From Flaccisagitta enflata (lineage: Eukaryota), in NCBI GenBank assembly GCA_965153355.1, contig OZ231126.1:46748001-46812000 (forward strand): 64,000 nt of DNA, in the 5' to 3' direction. Under the pieces are notes generated by a model, which saw only the letters and a list, made by a program, of their open reading frames with translations, was not told the DNA's origin and ran no database searches. Below are positions 1 to 11,669 of this stretch, one piece after another. The stretch's first letter is position 1. Every line of letters starts with the position of its first letter. The position numbers and the translations under genes were made by a program.

Positions 1-575
1 AGTGAAAAGATTTAAACGGATGTAAGACTGTGTCACTTTCATTGCTTTTGAAATTAGCATGGTAGCAACCATTCTTAGACCCTAAATTCTTAGACTCTAA
101 AGGCATGAAGTGGTTTATTGGCTTGGATCCATCGGCTAATCGACTTATCGCTCCTCTTCTTCATCATCTCCCTCCTCTCCCTTTCATTTCACTTTGTCTG
201 TTTAATTCACTTCCTCTTCATCATCTTCATCAGTGCTCCTCTTCATCATCGGTATACCTCTTCATTGTCATTGGTATTCCCAGGGTCCGACAAAATTTTT
301 CGCTGCCTACGAGCAAAAAATTTATACTGGTCGCTGCTTACAAATTTTGCGTATGATTTTTGCATGATTGCAATAGCAGAAAAATTTCATAGTAATATGC
401 AGTACATCAACCGAATGAATTTTGTGGGCAGGAATGAGGAGTCTATAAAAAAACTCATTATTTCTTTCACTTGACCTTGTTGAGGTAGGATTAAATGAAA
501 ACCTTGTATGAAATAAACTATACGCTGAAGATGATTTACATCAGCAATTATACATCTATATATCATTTGCTTTTT

Positions 576-785
576 TAGTTGCATGCTACGCGACTCTACA
601 CCCCGCTTTGTCGGTCCGTCCGTCCGTCCATCTGTCCTTCAGTCCGTCCGTCCGTCACACTTTACTTTTTCGGCGTTTATGGGGTTTTTGGCTATACCGC
701 TCCTGCCCAAATGCTCCACTGACCTAAAATATGGCCCCTGGCCACCCGCACGCGACTGGGGTAGCCGTGTATCCGGCCTTGTTTT
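576..785 (+). mobile_element. HINE/DINE-1-like non-autonomous Helentron (family A)
   Basis: 5' end AGTTGCATG-CTACGCGACT, a (GTCC)n microsatellite, 3' CACGCGACT followed by the hairpin GCCGTGTATCCGGC; flanked by T-runs. Confidence 0.75.
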
Positions 786-1189
786 CTTACCATGAACTTT
801 AAAGGAAAAACTTTGTAGGCAGCAACTAATCAAATTTCATAACGCATGAAATCTGCATTCTGAAGTACCAGATGTTCTAGCTATACAATCCTTAATTTTC
901 AAGTCATTTCTTTCCTTTTCAATATTCTTTTTCTTTGTTGCTCTCTTTCTTTTTGATCCTTTTTTTTTTACTTCCTTTTCTCTCTCCTTTTTTTTTCTTT
1001 TTTCCTTCTTTTTAGTCGCGTGCACGCGACTCTACAACCCGCTCCGTCGGTCCGTCGGTCCGTCGGTCCGTCGGTCCGTCGGTCCATCCGTCCGTAACAC
1101 TTTGCTTTTTTGCGTCGTTTTTTGTCGTTTTAGGTCGTCTGGAGTTATTTTGAATCATTTTTTTGGTGTTTTTGAGAATTATTGGTTGT

Positions 1190-2412
1190 TTTTGGTCATT
1201 TTTTATCATTTTTGGTCATTTTTGGTTATTTTGGTCATTTCGGTCATTTTGGCCACTTTGGTCATTTTGGTCATTTTTGATCATTTTTGATCATTTATGA
1301 TCATTTTTGATCATTTTTGATCATTTTTGGTCATTTTTGGTCATTTTTGGTTATTTTGGTCATTGTTCATTTCAGTCATTTCGGTCATTTTTGGTCATTT
1401 TTGGTCATGTTTGGTCATTTTTGATCATTTTGGTCATTTTGGTCATTTTTGATCATTTTTTAGTCTGCTGGTATAAGTCTGCTGGTTTAAGTCTGCTGGT
1501 TTAAGCCTGCTGGTTTAGGTCTGCTGGTTTAAGTCTGCTGGTTTAAGTCTGCTGGTTTAAGTCCGCTGGTTCAAGTCTGCTGCTTTAAGTATGGTGGTTT
1601 AAATCCACTGGTTTAAGTCGGCTGGTTTAATTCTGCTGGTTTAAGTCGGCTGGTTTAAGTCTGCTGGTTTTAGTCTGCTGGTTTAAGTCTGCTGGTTTAA
1701 GTCTGCTGGTTTAGGTCTGCTGGTTTAGGTCTGCTGGTTTAGGTCTGCTGGTTTAAGTCTGCTTGTTTAAGTCTGCTGGTTTAGGTCTGCTGGTTTAAGT
1801 CTGCTGGTTTAAGTCTGCTGGTTTAAGTCTGCTGGTTTGGGTCTGGTTTTGGTCTGGTTTAAGTCTGGTTTAAGTCAGATCTAAGTCTGGTTTATGTATG
1901 GTTTAGTCTGGTTTAAGTCTGGTTTGAGTCTGGTTTGAGTCTGGTTTAGAGATCATCGACATTAGCTAAAAACCATTTGGTTATCAAAACTTTCGTTTCC
2001 CTCAAATGTCTTCTTTTAAGTTTCGTCATCGTTACTGCTAAATGTCGTTGCCGTCATGCCATTTCCGTTTCGTTTCTACAGTATGCAGCAGATGTAAGAA
2101 GTGCTCTTTGAAATTTGGTTCCCTTTCAGTCTACATGAATGAATGAATGAATTGATGAATGATGAGTGAATGAATAAGTAAATGAATGAGTAAATGAGTG
2201 AATGAATGAATGAATGAATGAATGAATGAATGAATGAATGAATGATATGCTCGGATCATTTTTCCTTTTTGTAAGAAACAATTAAGTAATTAGATGGTGG
2301 CTTTTCTTTCACTTTTTATTCGAGAAACAAGGATGGAGACAAACTGACTAGGAGAGAATCTTGTCAGTGAGCAAGAAAGAAAAATTGTAGGTGATCCAGG
2401 ATTGAGTGAGTG

Positions 2413-2498
<86 letters not shown>

Positions 2499-2953
2499 GA
2501 ATATGAAAAGTGAAAAGTCTGTCTCTCTCTCTTTTTCTTCACCTATTCCTTTGTCTGTCAGTCAGTAGGTCGTGACGGTTTTTGACCATGATGTCGAATG
2601 ACCGACACCATGGGGTGTGACTGTCGATTCCGACAGTCACGACATAAGTTCTCCCAACTCTAGTCTGGTTTGAGTCTGGTTTGAGTCTGGTTTAAGTCTG
2701 GATTGAGTCTGGCTTGAGTCTGGCTTGAGTCTGGTTTAAGTCTGGTTTAAGTCTGGTTTAAGTCTGGTTTTAGTCTGGTTTAAGTCTGGTTTAGGTGTGG
2801 TTTAGGTGTGGTTTAGGTCTGGTTTAGGTCTGGTTTAGGTGTGGTTTAGGTCTGGTTTTGGTCTGGTTTTGGTCTGGTTTTGGTCTGGTTTAGGTCTGGT
2901 TTAATTCTGGTTTGAGTCTGGTTTGAGTCTGGTTTGGGTCTGGTTTAAGTCTG
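1190..2953. repeat. Compound minisatellites: GGTCATTTT(T) 9-10 bp, AAGTCTGCTGGTTT 14 bp, AAGTCTGGTTT 11 bp; interrupted at 1947-2662
   Basis: Tandem units are directly visible. Confidence 0.9.
1947..2662. mobile_element. Possible hAT-like insertion into the 11-bp array
   Basis: TAGAG...CTCTA termini, flanked by GTCTGGTT on both sides. This is weak evidence because the target is itself a tandem repeat. Confidence 0.4.
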
Positions 2954-3289
2954 ATTTTCGAGAAAAAGATATAATAAGGAGTCAGGTCAGTTCAGTTATT
3001 TTTGTCCTGCACGCGACTTATAGGTGTTGGCCTTGTTTTTCTTTTTTTCCCTCTTCTTTTTTTCCTCTCTTTGTTTACCCCTCTTTTCTTTCCTCTGCTG
3101 CCTACAAAACTGCTCGCTGCCTTGGAGCATTGCTACCGTGCTCCCGCACTTTGTCGTACCCTGGGTATTCCTCTTCATCATCATCATCGCTCTCATCGGT
3201 AATTCCTTTCCGTCTTTCGCCTTTTCTTCCACCCTTAACTTATCTACCTCCTCATCCTAAACACACTTAGTTAGTCAGATGCCCTCAAA

Positions 3290-3475
3290 GCGAGCAAAAT
3301 ATTCACCATAAAAAACATTTTTAATGCGCTATAGTGAAATTTGCCTAATAGGCGGGTGCCTTATATGCGGGGCTTATCAACAAAGGAATAAAGAGAAAAA
3401 AGTTGGGACTTTTCAAATCATGCCTTGATGCGAGGGATGCCTTATTAGCGGGTGCGCTCTAGTGAAGCTCGACTG
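3290..3475 (-). mobile_element. pogo/Tigger-like terminal fragment
   Basis: Diverged reverse complement of the left end of the element at 58774; ends ...CTAGTGAAGCTCGACTG|TA. Confidence 0.7.
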
Positions 3476-4279
3476 TATTTTAGATTAAAAATTGTATTCA
3501 TGGCTTCTAAAAGTATGTAGAAATGTATTATTAGTTTGGCTACAGTGGTTGCACTAATGCTTTTACCTACTTCAGTTTGTTCAGAGTGATTTTCTAATAA
3601 TCAAAACAAAAAAATGCTAAAAATTGTTGTAAAATGACTATTTTTTGTTATTTTTTTGTTATTTCTAAGCTCTAAACTTTCAAATATTTCTTAAAACTAG
3701 CTGGATTATATTCCAGCATGTGTATCTCAATAATGTTTCTACACTTTTTATAGTCTTCAAGAACTTTTTATAAGTAATTATGAAAATTGGCTGAAAAAAA
3801 ATCAGTTTTATAGTTTGAAATAGTTTTTTTAGTTTTTATTTATAAAATAACCCTCTGAACTTACCAAATAGGTAAAAGCATTATTACAGCAACTATTGCC
3901 ACACTTTTCAGATATTTTTTAAACAGCTTGAAGCTACAATTCTAATTTCTGATATAAAAAATATATAAAAATGCTTCATTTTTACTATCTTTAAGCTTTG
4001 AATTCTATATTTCCAAGCCGATTTTTTAATTTTTGCCATAAATTGATAGCTAATGCATAAAAAAAAACTTTTTCCCTGGTCAGGAGTCTTGAGCATTTTT
4101 TTAGACCTATGGTTTGTTCCTGGACGCCGTGATCAATGAATCTAGAAAAAACGCTGTGTGGAATACTTTTTTTTCAGATATTGTGATTTTATGGCTGGAT
4201 AAAGACCCTTCTACACGAGATTCTGACTCCAGGAAGCCTTGGGGCAGAGAATGAGAACAAGAGAGAAGAAAAGAGAGAG

Positions 4280-4842
4280 AAAACGTGGCCGGATGTATAC
4301 ACGGCCAATACCAGTCGCGGACGGGTGGGCAGGGGCGGAAAGGCGTGTTTTTACACATTCCAACTTGATGAACCTGGACGGACCAACGGATGAACCAACA
4401 GACAGACCAACGGACGGACGGACGGACGGACGGGCGGGCGGACAAAGTCTGATGTTGAGTCGCGAGTCCGCGGCTGAAGAGAGTAAAAACCAGAATGGAG
4501 AGGAAATGGTCTGATAAAACGCAATCGGAAACTCTGAAAGACCAGCATAGGCAGATTTTTTTTTGTGAAATGAGAGAGGACGCGGATGGTTGACAAAGAG
4601 AATGAGAACAAGGCCGGATACACGGCCAATCCGTAGTCGCTGCTGGTGGGCAGGGGCAGTAATGCCAGTGGGTAGGGGCAGTATATGAGTGGGCGGGGCC
4701 TGCGGGGGCTGTATTGACGCCAGGCAGGAGCTGCGATGGTCAGAATTCCATTTTTCAGTCGATTTCGCAGCATCAAAATTTTCGCGTTACCAACCAACCA
4801 AGGGACACACCCTTATAGAGTCGCTTAGGCAGCGACTAAAAA
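4280..4842 (-). mobile_element. Two adjacent HINE family A copies (about 4280-4470 and 4607-4842)
   Basis: Both start with GGCCGGAT..ACACGGCC and GGTGGGCAGGGGC; the first has (GGAC)n and the second ends GCGACTAAAAA. Confidence 0.65.
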
Positions 4843-4885
4843 CACACTCACACGCACTCACTCACTCACTCACTCACTCACTCAC

Positions 4886-4995
<110 letters not shown>

Positions 4996-5015
4996 ACACC
5001 CACACACACACACAC

Positions 5016-5205
5016 CTCTAAACGTAGCCTTCCGTATTTCGTCGTCGATGTCGTATTTTTTCCAGTCGGTGAGCATCAACATCGCAGCCAAATGTGCCCC
5101 GGCAGAGTGACCAACTGCCACAACCCACGTGCCCTCACGAAACGCCATCTTCATGACCAACGAGAAACCCTGACGCACTTGTTCGACGATCTCTCCCAAT
5201 TTCAC
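5016..5205 (-). CDS. AFMID: Kynurenine formamidase-like, coding exon 3; no later exon found in the window
   Basis: Acceptor CCAG|GTG, phase 0. Encodes VKLGEIVEQV...VAVGHSAGAHLAAM (GxSxG nucleophile elbow). Donor G|GTGTGT, phase 1. Confidence 0.9.
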
Positions 5206-5253
5206 CTGGTAGGGGTAGTATGTAGACAATTAGAAAATAGCGTCCGGATACCA

Positions 5254-6043
5254 CTATCTACGCAGAAAAAATCTTCCGGCACGTTTACATGTATATCTCA
5301 GGTTAGAATCAACCAATCATCAAAAAATCGGTGAGGCAATTTAAGCCCTTCAAATTTGCAAGAGATCTACGCAAACCGCATCCCTCTTGCTCTATGCGTT
5401 CAAAAACTATTTAACTTTGATTGAAATACTTCAATTTCGCTTTTGCCATTTCTACACCAACTTGTGAATGTATTCAAATTAAAATTCAAATACTCCAAAA
5501 AAGTAAGGCGTTTCGCCTGTTGACTTGGAGACGTAAATTACTACAATCTACTTTCAATAAAGTTCCAGCCACCATCCCCACGAAAGATAAGTCCACAATC
5601 ACAGTTCTGCTTTCTTTTAAAATGCTATCGTCATTCCGTTCCTTCTTCTTGACGCCTGGTTCCGAGGGCGTATTTCTTCACTTTTTTTTTAATTACTCCT
5701 AAACGCAATGAGCTAGACAGATGCGGTTTGCGCTGCCTGCTTGCAAAATCGAAGGGCTTCAATTATCTTACCAATTTTTCTATGATTTGATGACTCTTTT
5801 GGAAGCTTTAAGTTTAAATGTAGCGAAAGAAGAGGTAAAAAAAACTCCTGAGAAAGCCTCCTTGAAAGCCTTTGCTCCAGCAAACCTCGAGAAGCTTTAC
5901 AAATCGCTTGACAAATGACGGCCCTGATTCAGTCACAGGGAACTTATACTAATTAATAATGGATTTGTAACTGATTTGTATTCATTTTAACACCAATGAA
6001 TACATTTTTGTGGCAGGTCGGAAGATTTTTTCCGCCTAGATAG
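5254..6043 (+). mobile_element. Internally deleted Tc1-like element with a transposase C-terminal remnant
   Basis: Imperfect TIR of about 25 bp, CTATCTA(C/G)GC(A/G)GAAAAAATCTTCCG, with right flank TA. 5880-5955 reads NLEKLYKSLDK / MTALIQSQGTYTN*, resembling the Tc1 C-terminus (LVxSMPxRxxAVIxAxGxxTxY). Confidence 0.6.
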
Positions 6044-6968
6044 TAGTTGTGCGGAAGTGGTTCGGGGTAGTGACGAGATCAACATCATAACCGGCATTAG
6101 GGTGAAAGCGTAATAGACTGACAGATGGATGGACGCACGTATCGACATAGCGAAATTGAAAGCTACGTGTACGCGTTTCAAGATACGTCCGTTGCGCCGA
6201 GTTTGAGTTTGAGTTTGAGGTTGAAATCACATGGGGCTTTAAAACTTAAAAAGAGGAAGATAACCAAAAATCAATCAATCAATTGTCAGAGGAAGAATCT
6301 GCGCCATCTTTCCCTCTGAACCACTGCCTAAAGGAAGTCCGAGATAAAAAAAAAAAGAAAAAAAGAAGGAAAAAGCCAATGGTTAAAAATGGGAAGCTGG
6401 TCAGTTGACCACCGTTGACAAATATCACTGAAGGGCAAATGAAAAATCATCGCCAATGTGTTTCCAGCGGCGAGGATAATGGAAATCTGGGAATCAGAAT
6501 CGTCGAGGAAAAAACACGTTGAGGAAAAAAATGTGATTTCTCTCAGGACGATTAAATTCATGGCCGACTGGGGCGGGGGGAGGGGGGAGGGGGGATGTAC
6601 CTTCTTAGATTCTTGGGCAAAAAGGCGTGAATTTTTGCGATGATTTATGACCGCGGCTCTATTAAATTCGGCTGAGCATGGGTTCATGCGTTTTGATCTT
6701 ATGGATGAAGAAATTAAGAAACTTAGATAGTATCTAATAGATACGACGGATCGAGGGCTCGAGGTGGGCATTTTCTTTCAAAGGCTATGGAACAGGTCTG
6801 TGTGTTTCACGTCGTGGGGATGGAAAGGGGAGGTGATGTAGGACAGCAGAAGGCATTAACGCATGAACAGTAGTGTCTCAGACACCCATATCTCTTCCAA
6901 CATTGCTTACTAAATGTAGAAAGAAAAAAAAATTCTTACTTTCGGTGCCAGATCTTCTAAATGTAGAA

Positions 6969-7109
6969 AAACAAGGCCAAGTAGGCTAATAAGGTGCGAC
7001 GTGTGGATCGTCGAACGAATGCGTTATCCGACCGACAGACCGACCGACCGACTGATCAACCGACCGACGGACATACTCAGTTATAGAGGTGCTTTGTCGC
7101 ATCTAAAAA
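6969..7109 (-). mobile_element. Short HINE-like element
   Basis: Diverged reverse complement of 18244-18372; (GACC)n core. Confidence 0.7.
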
Positions 7110-7117
7110 CTTCTTAC

Positions 7118-7530
7118 TTTCGGTGCCAAATCGTATCCTAAGGCGACGAAACGGAAACCCTTTGAAGTGACGACGTCGGCGAAATATGACGAGGAAGCCA
7201 CGTCAAGCGCTTGCCAATAACCGCCGTGGATGTACACCACGTAAGGCGCAGCGGCGGTGGGCGAGGGGTGGGCGGTTGCTGTGGTGGTGTTGGCGGTGGT
7301 GATGGTGGTCGTGATGTTGGTGAACACGTTGGTGGATGTGGCAGTGGTCGTTACAGTGGTCGTGGCAGAGGTTGTGGCAGTGGTCGTGGCATTGGCCTCG
7401 AATGTGCAGTCCGTAGATGAATTCAATAAAGCCGTAGAAGGATAAGTAGAAACTTCCCCCGTCTCCTTTTCGGATAACATCGGTGACCCTTCTATAGCTT
7501 CCCGGGTGAAGACGTTCAACACGGTTTCTC
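7118..7530 (-). CDS. AFMID: Kynurenine formamidase-like, coding exon 2 (contains a Thr-rich insertion)
   Basis: Acceptor TTGCATTAG|GA is phase 1 and matches exon 1. Encodes VVYIHGGYWQ (HGGxW oxyanion motif) and LGYDLAPK. Donor AAA|GTAAG, phase 0. Confidence 0.9.
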
Positions 7531-8044
7531 CTAATGCAATTAAACGAAAAGAATGAAATAGATGAAGAAAAAAAAGAGTAATGCTTTCCGATAATGTAGA
7601 AACCAATTGCAGTCACTGACTAGGCGAAAGGCTATAAGTGTTGAACCAAAAAAGTATCGGAAAATGGTAGTGCCCAACACATTTTTTTGATTAACTTGTG
7701 TTGCAACAAGTTGAGTCTAGCTTTCCTTTTTCTGCAATCAAACGTAAGCGATAACAATGACAGGCCTGCAGGGGTCGAATACCATCATTTACTGAGCTAA
7801 AAAGAAATAAAGGTAAAACCAAACAAAATATCAATCAAGAGTCCGTTGTTGGCGCAAAACTCGGCAAACCGACAACGACCAACGGCTACGTCTCAACTGT
7901 CTTGTGGAGATTGTCAACCGACGGCCAATCATGCTGACCGAAAGGTATAACTGAACAAACTCGGCGAGCAATATTCATATTGCTCCATTGATATTTAGTT
8001 GAAATCAAATGTAAATATTCTCTTTCCGTTATGTTGAATGTTTA

Positions 8045-8179
<135 letters not shown>

Positions 8180-8224
8180 GTCTCTCTCTCTCTCTCTCTG
8201 TCTCTCTGTGTCTCTCTGTGTCTG

Positions 8225-8336
<112 letters not shown>

Positions 8337-8565
8337 CCCCCCCCTTCACAGATAATCATATTCCTCTGCAATCTTCACCTCAGCGCCCCGTTAATTCCTC
8401 CCCCTTTTCAGTTCACGCAATCACGCCCCTCGATATGACCTTTCCTTCGCTCGACCCCCGTGACACTCTTGGCACCTACGAAGGCGCGCAGTTGACGCTT
8501 CTTCCGTGAGTTGCGGCCCTTACAGAAGCGCCAACGTATCTCTTCCCGATGCCATGCTTCTTTTC

Positions 8566-8605
<40 letters not shown>

Positions 8606-9729
8606 ATGATAGCAAGCCGTCTCTTGATGATAGCAAGCCGTTAAAAACATAAACAGTGAGGAATATGATATTGTTCCACTTGTCTTAAGTAATGATTAAC
8701 GAGAGACCGACTGTACGTAGAATAAATGGATGGACGCGACGGACGGACGGAACAATGGAACGATGAACCGAGGGACCCATAGAGTGCTCGAAGCAAAAAG
8801 ATAGTGTTGGCAATGAATAAATAAATGTTTCAGCTTTTATTTCATCCCATCTCATTGGTGCATTTATCTAGGAGAATGGCAGAGTCTTCCATAGATCTCA
8901 GTCACTTTGGACCCAAGGATGAATATTCGATAAAGAAAAAACGTGAATAATTAATGTGGGAGACGAATAAGGAGCTCAAAAATATTCCAAAAGTGGCCTC
9001 CTGCACTTGAAACTCATTGAAAGGGATTCAATTTTTAAGTCTCCAGGGGGGTGTATGGGCCCATAACATGACATGTTGTGGCAATCTAGGCTCATTTGAC
9101 CTAAAAAGAGGATCCAGATGGGCTAAAAAACTGGTCAAAACAGGTAAAATTAACGTTTTTTTCGCAATTTGGTTTGCTGAAATGATTTATAATGATGATT
9201 ATTCTGCCATAAAATAATTGTCTAATGTGAATCAAGTGAACAAAGTTGTAGGAGCCCATAGAAGTCTTATCACTGGCCAAAATGAGGTCAAATTAGCTAA
9301 AAAACTTTTTTTGACTTGCTGAAATGATATTTAAAGATAATTATAGTGAAAATATATAATAATCTAATGTGATTCAAGTGAACAAAGTTCAAATCTTGAA
9401 ACGGGCTAAAATTAGGTCAAAATAGTTGAAAAACTGGTCAAGACAAGCTAAAACAGGGATTTGTATCATTTTTTCACTTTGTGTCTTTAAGTTTAGATTT
9501 CTAAAGAGATTAAATATGAGGTAGTGACAACCAGCGGGCTGAAATGACCCTGCCCATAGCCCCTGCCCATTGGAAATACCATCTTATTAGGGCCATTGCC
9601 ACTGCCTCTGCCTGAGATCCAACTGCTAACATGATCTCAATCACTCACCACCCCTTTTCCCACTACTATACCACCCTCTCTCTTCTTCTACAATATTGAC
9701 CCTACTTAGATAGTTGTCAGTGCTGCTGC

Positions 9730-11000
9730 CACTGCCTCCGCCGCCGCCGCCGCCTCTGCCTCTGCTACAACAAATCTGTCTACATGATCTCAATCTCCCG
9801 CCGCCGCCTCCTCCATTTGTTTTGTATCATGGGTATTTTCATTGTAGAGATTACTTTCAGCTGCTACTATCTCTTTAACGCCGCCGCCGCCTCCTGCTGC
9901 TGCTGCTGCTGCTGCTCCTCCTCCTCCTCCGCCACTGACGCCGCCGCCGCCTCCACTCCTCCTCGTCCTTCCCCGCCGCCGCCGCCTCCTATCTTCCTTG
10001 TCCCTCTCTGCTGCCGCTGCCGCCTCCTCTCCTCCTCATCCTTCTCCGCCCCCGCCGCCGCCTCCACTCCTTGTCTTTCTCCGCCGCCGCCGCCGCCTCC
10101 ACTTCTCCTTGTCCTTCTCCGCCGCCTCCTCTCCTCCTCGTCCTTCTCTGCCGCCGCCACCGCCTCCTCTCCTCCTCGTTCTTCTCCGCCGCCGCCTCCA
10201 CTCGCCTCGTCCTTCTCCGCCGCCGCCGCCGCCTCCTCTCCTCCTCGTCCTTCTCCGCCACTGCCGCCGCCGCCGCCGCCGCCTCTTACCTCCTCCTTCA
10301 CCGCCGCCTCCTCTCCTCATCCTCCTCCTCCTCTTCCCACTCTGCTGCCGCCGCCGCCGCCGCCTCCTCCTCCTCTGCCGCCACCGCCTCCTCCTCCTCC
10401 TCCTCCCCAACTGCCGCCGCCGCCGCCTCCTTTCCAAAAAAAAATCAAGAACATTTTATAAAATATCAAAAAAAGAACCAAATTTAAAAGAAATCAAATA
10501 AAAGAAATGAAAAAAAAAGAAAAAGAAAATCTAAAAAAAGTATTTGAAATGAATTAAAAGAATAATTAAAAAAAAATTCAAGGAGAGGAGGCGGCAGCGG
10601 GCGTGCGTGGCGGCGGCGGCGGTGGAGGAGGAGGAGGAGGAGGAGGCGGCGGCAGCAGCAGCAATGGAGGAGGAGGAGGCTATGGCGGAAAAGGAGGAGG
10701 CGGCGGCAGGGGAGGAGGAGGCGGCGGTGGTTGTGGGGGAGGAGGCGGCGGCGGCGGCGGAGGAGGATGAGGAGGTTGAGGAGAGGAGGTGGTGGCAAGG
10801 GAGGAGGAGGAATGAGGAAGCAGTGGTGGTTGAGGAGGAGGAGGATGTGGAGGTGGGAGAGAATTTTTTTTTACTTTAATGGTGAGGAAGATGTGTACTA
10901 CACATTTTGTAGCAGCATGGGAGGGGGCAACAAAGCTGGTGAGGGCGGCGGTGGCAGGAGGGGGGCTATAACAGTGGAGGCAGAGGCGGCGGTGGCAGGT
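9730..11000. repeat. GC-rich (GCC/CCT)n tract followed by a complementary (GGC/GGA)n tract
   Basis: About 9730-10435 is C-rich, 10436-10580 is an A-rich spacer, and 10583-11000 is G-rich. Confidence 0.85.
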
Positions 11001-11669
11001 CCACTGTTATTTTTGAGTCAAATTTGAGACAGACCACTGGGAGTCAATGGGTGTTAAATATAAAAATATATTATTATTTGATGTAAATTAGGAGTATTAG
11101 GTTGTGGGAGCCCATTGAAGTCTAAAAACGGGCAAAAATAGGCTGTTTGTTTGTGTTGGAGCGATAGTAATCTTAAAAATTTGTTTTTTAGTCGCATGCT
11201 ATGCAACTCTACACCCTGGTTTGTCAGCCCTAATCCATCCATCCGTCTGTCCATCACACAACTTTTTTGGATTTTTGCGGTTTTAGGCCTCACTGCTCCT
11301 GCCTAAATGATCAAGTGACCTAAAATACAGCCCCTGCCCACCCATGCGCAATTGGAGTAGCCATGTATTTGGCCTTGTTATGAGGACCATCAACAATTCT
11401 AACGCAAGATTTAACTATGATGTAACAAAAATAAAAATAAAAAATTCATGTTTTAAAAAACATTACAATTTTGATGTTTTTGGTTTTTTAAATAGTAGGA
11501 TAAGGAAGGTAAAGTATGGTTAAACAGTAAAAAAATGCCGAAAGTCATATTATGTGAGAATCTTTGACTAAACTTTTTGATTTGCAGATAATTTTGGATC
11601 CATTTTAGAAACATACATTTTTACAATACATATCTTTAAAAAAATATTGTGGGACAAGCTGCTTAATGA

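Larger units (their letters stand above)
1012..3040 (+). mobile_element. Expanded HINE-like element with internal minisatellite arrays
   Basis: 5' TAGTCGCGTGCACGCGACT plus (GTCGGTCC)n; 3' CACGCGACTTATAGGTGTTGGCCTTGTTTT. The same ends occur at 54828-55100 and 63538-63926. Confidence 0.7.

Noticed and set aside
576-785. Classifying the abundant GTCC-containing repeat as a tRNA-derived SINE
   Set aside because: No Pol III A/B boxes or TSD seen; subterminal inverted repeats, a 3' hairpin and insertion in T-runs fit HINE/DINE-1 better.
9784-10461. 225-aa Pro-rich, formin- or extensin-like ORF
   Set aside because: Open in several frames on both strands because of GCC/CCT repeats inside a transposon; no domain content.
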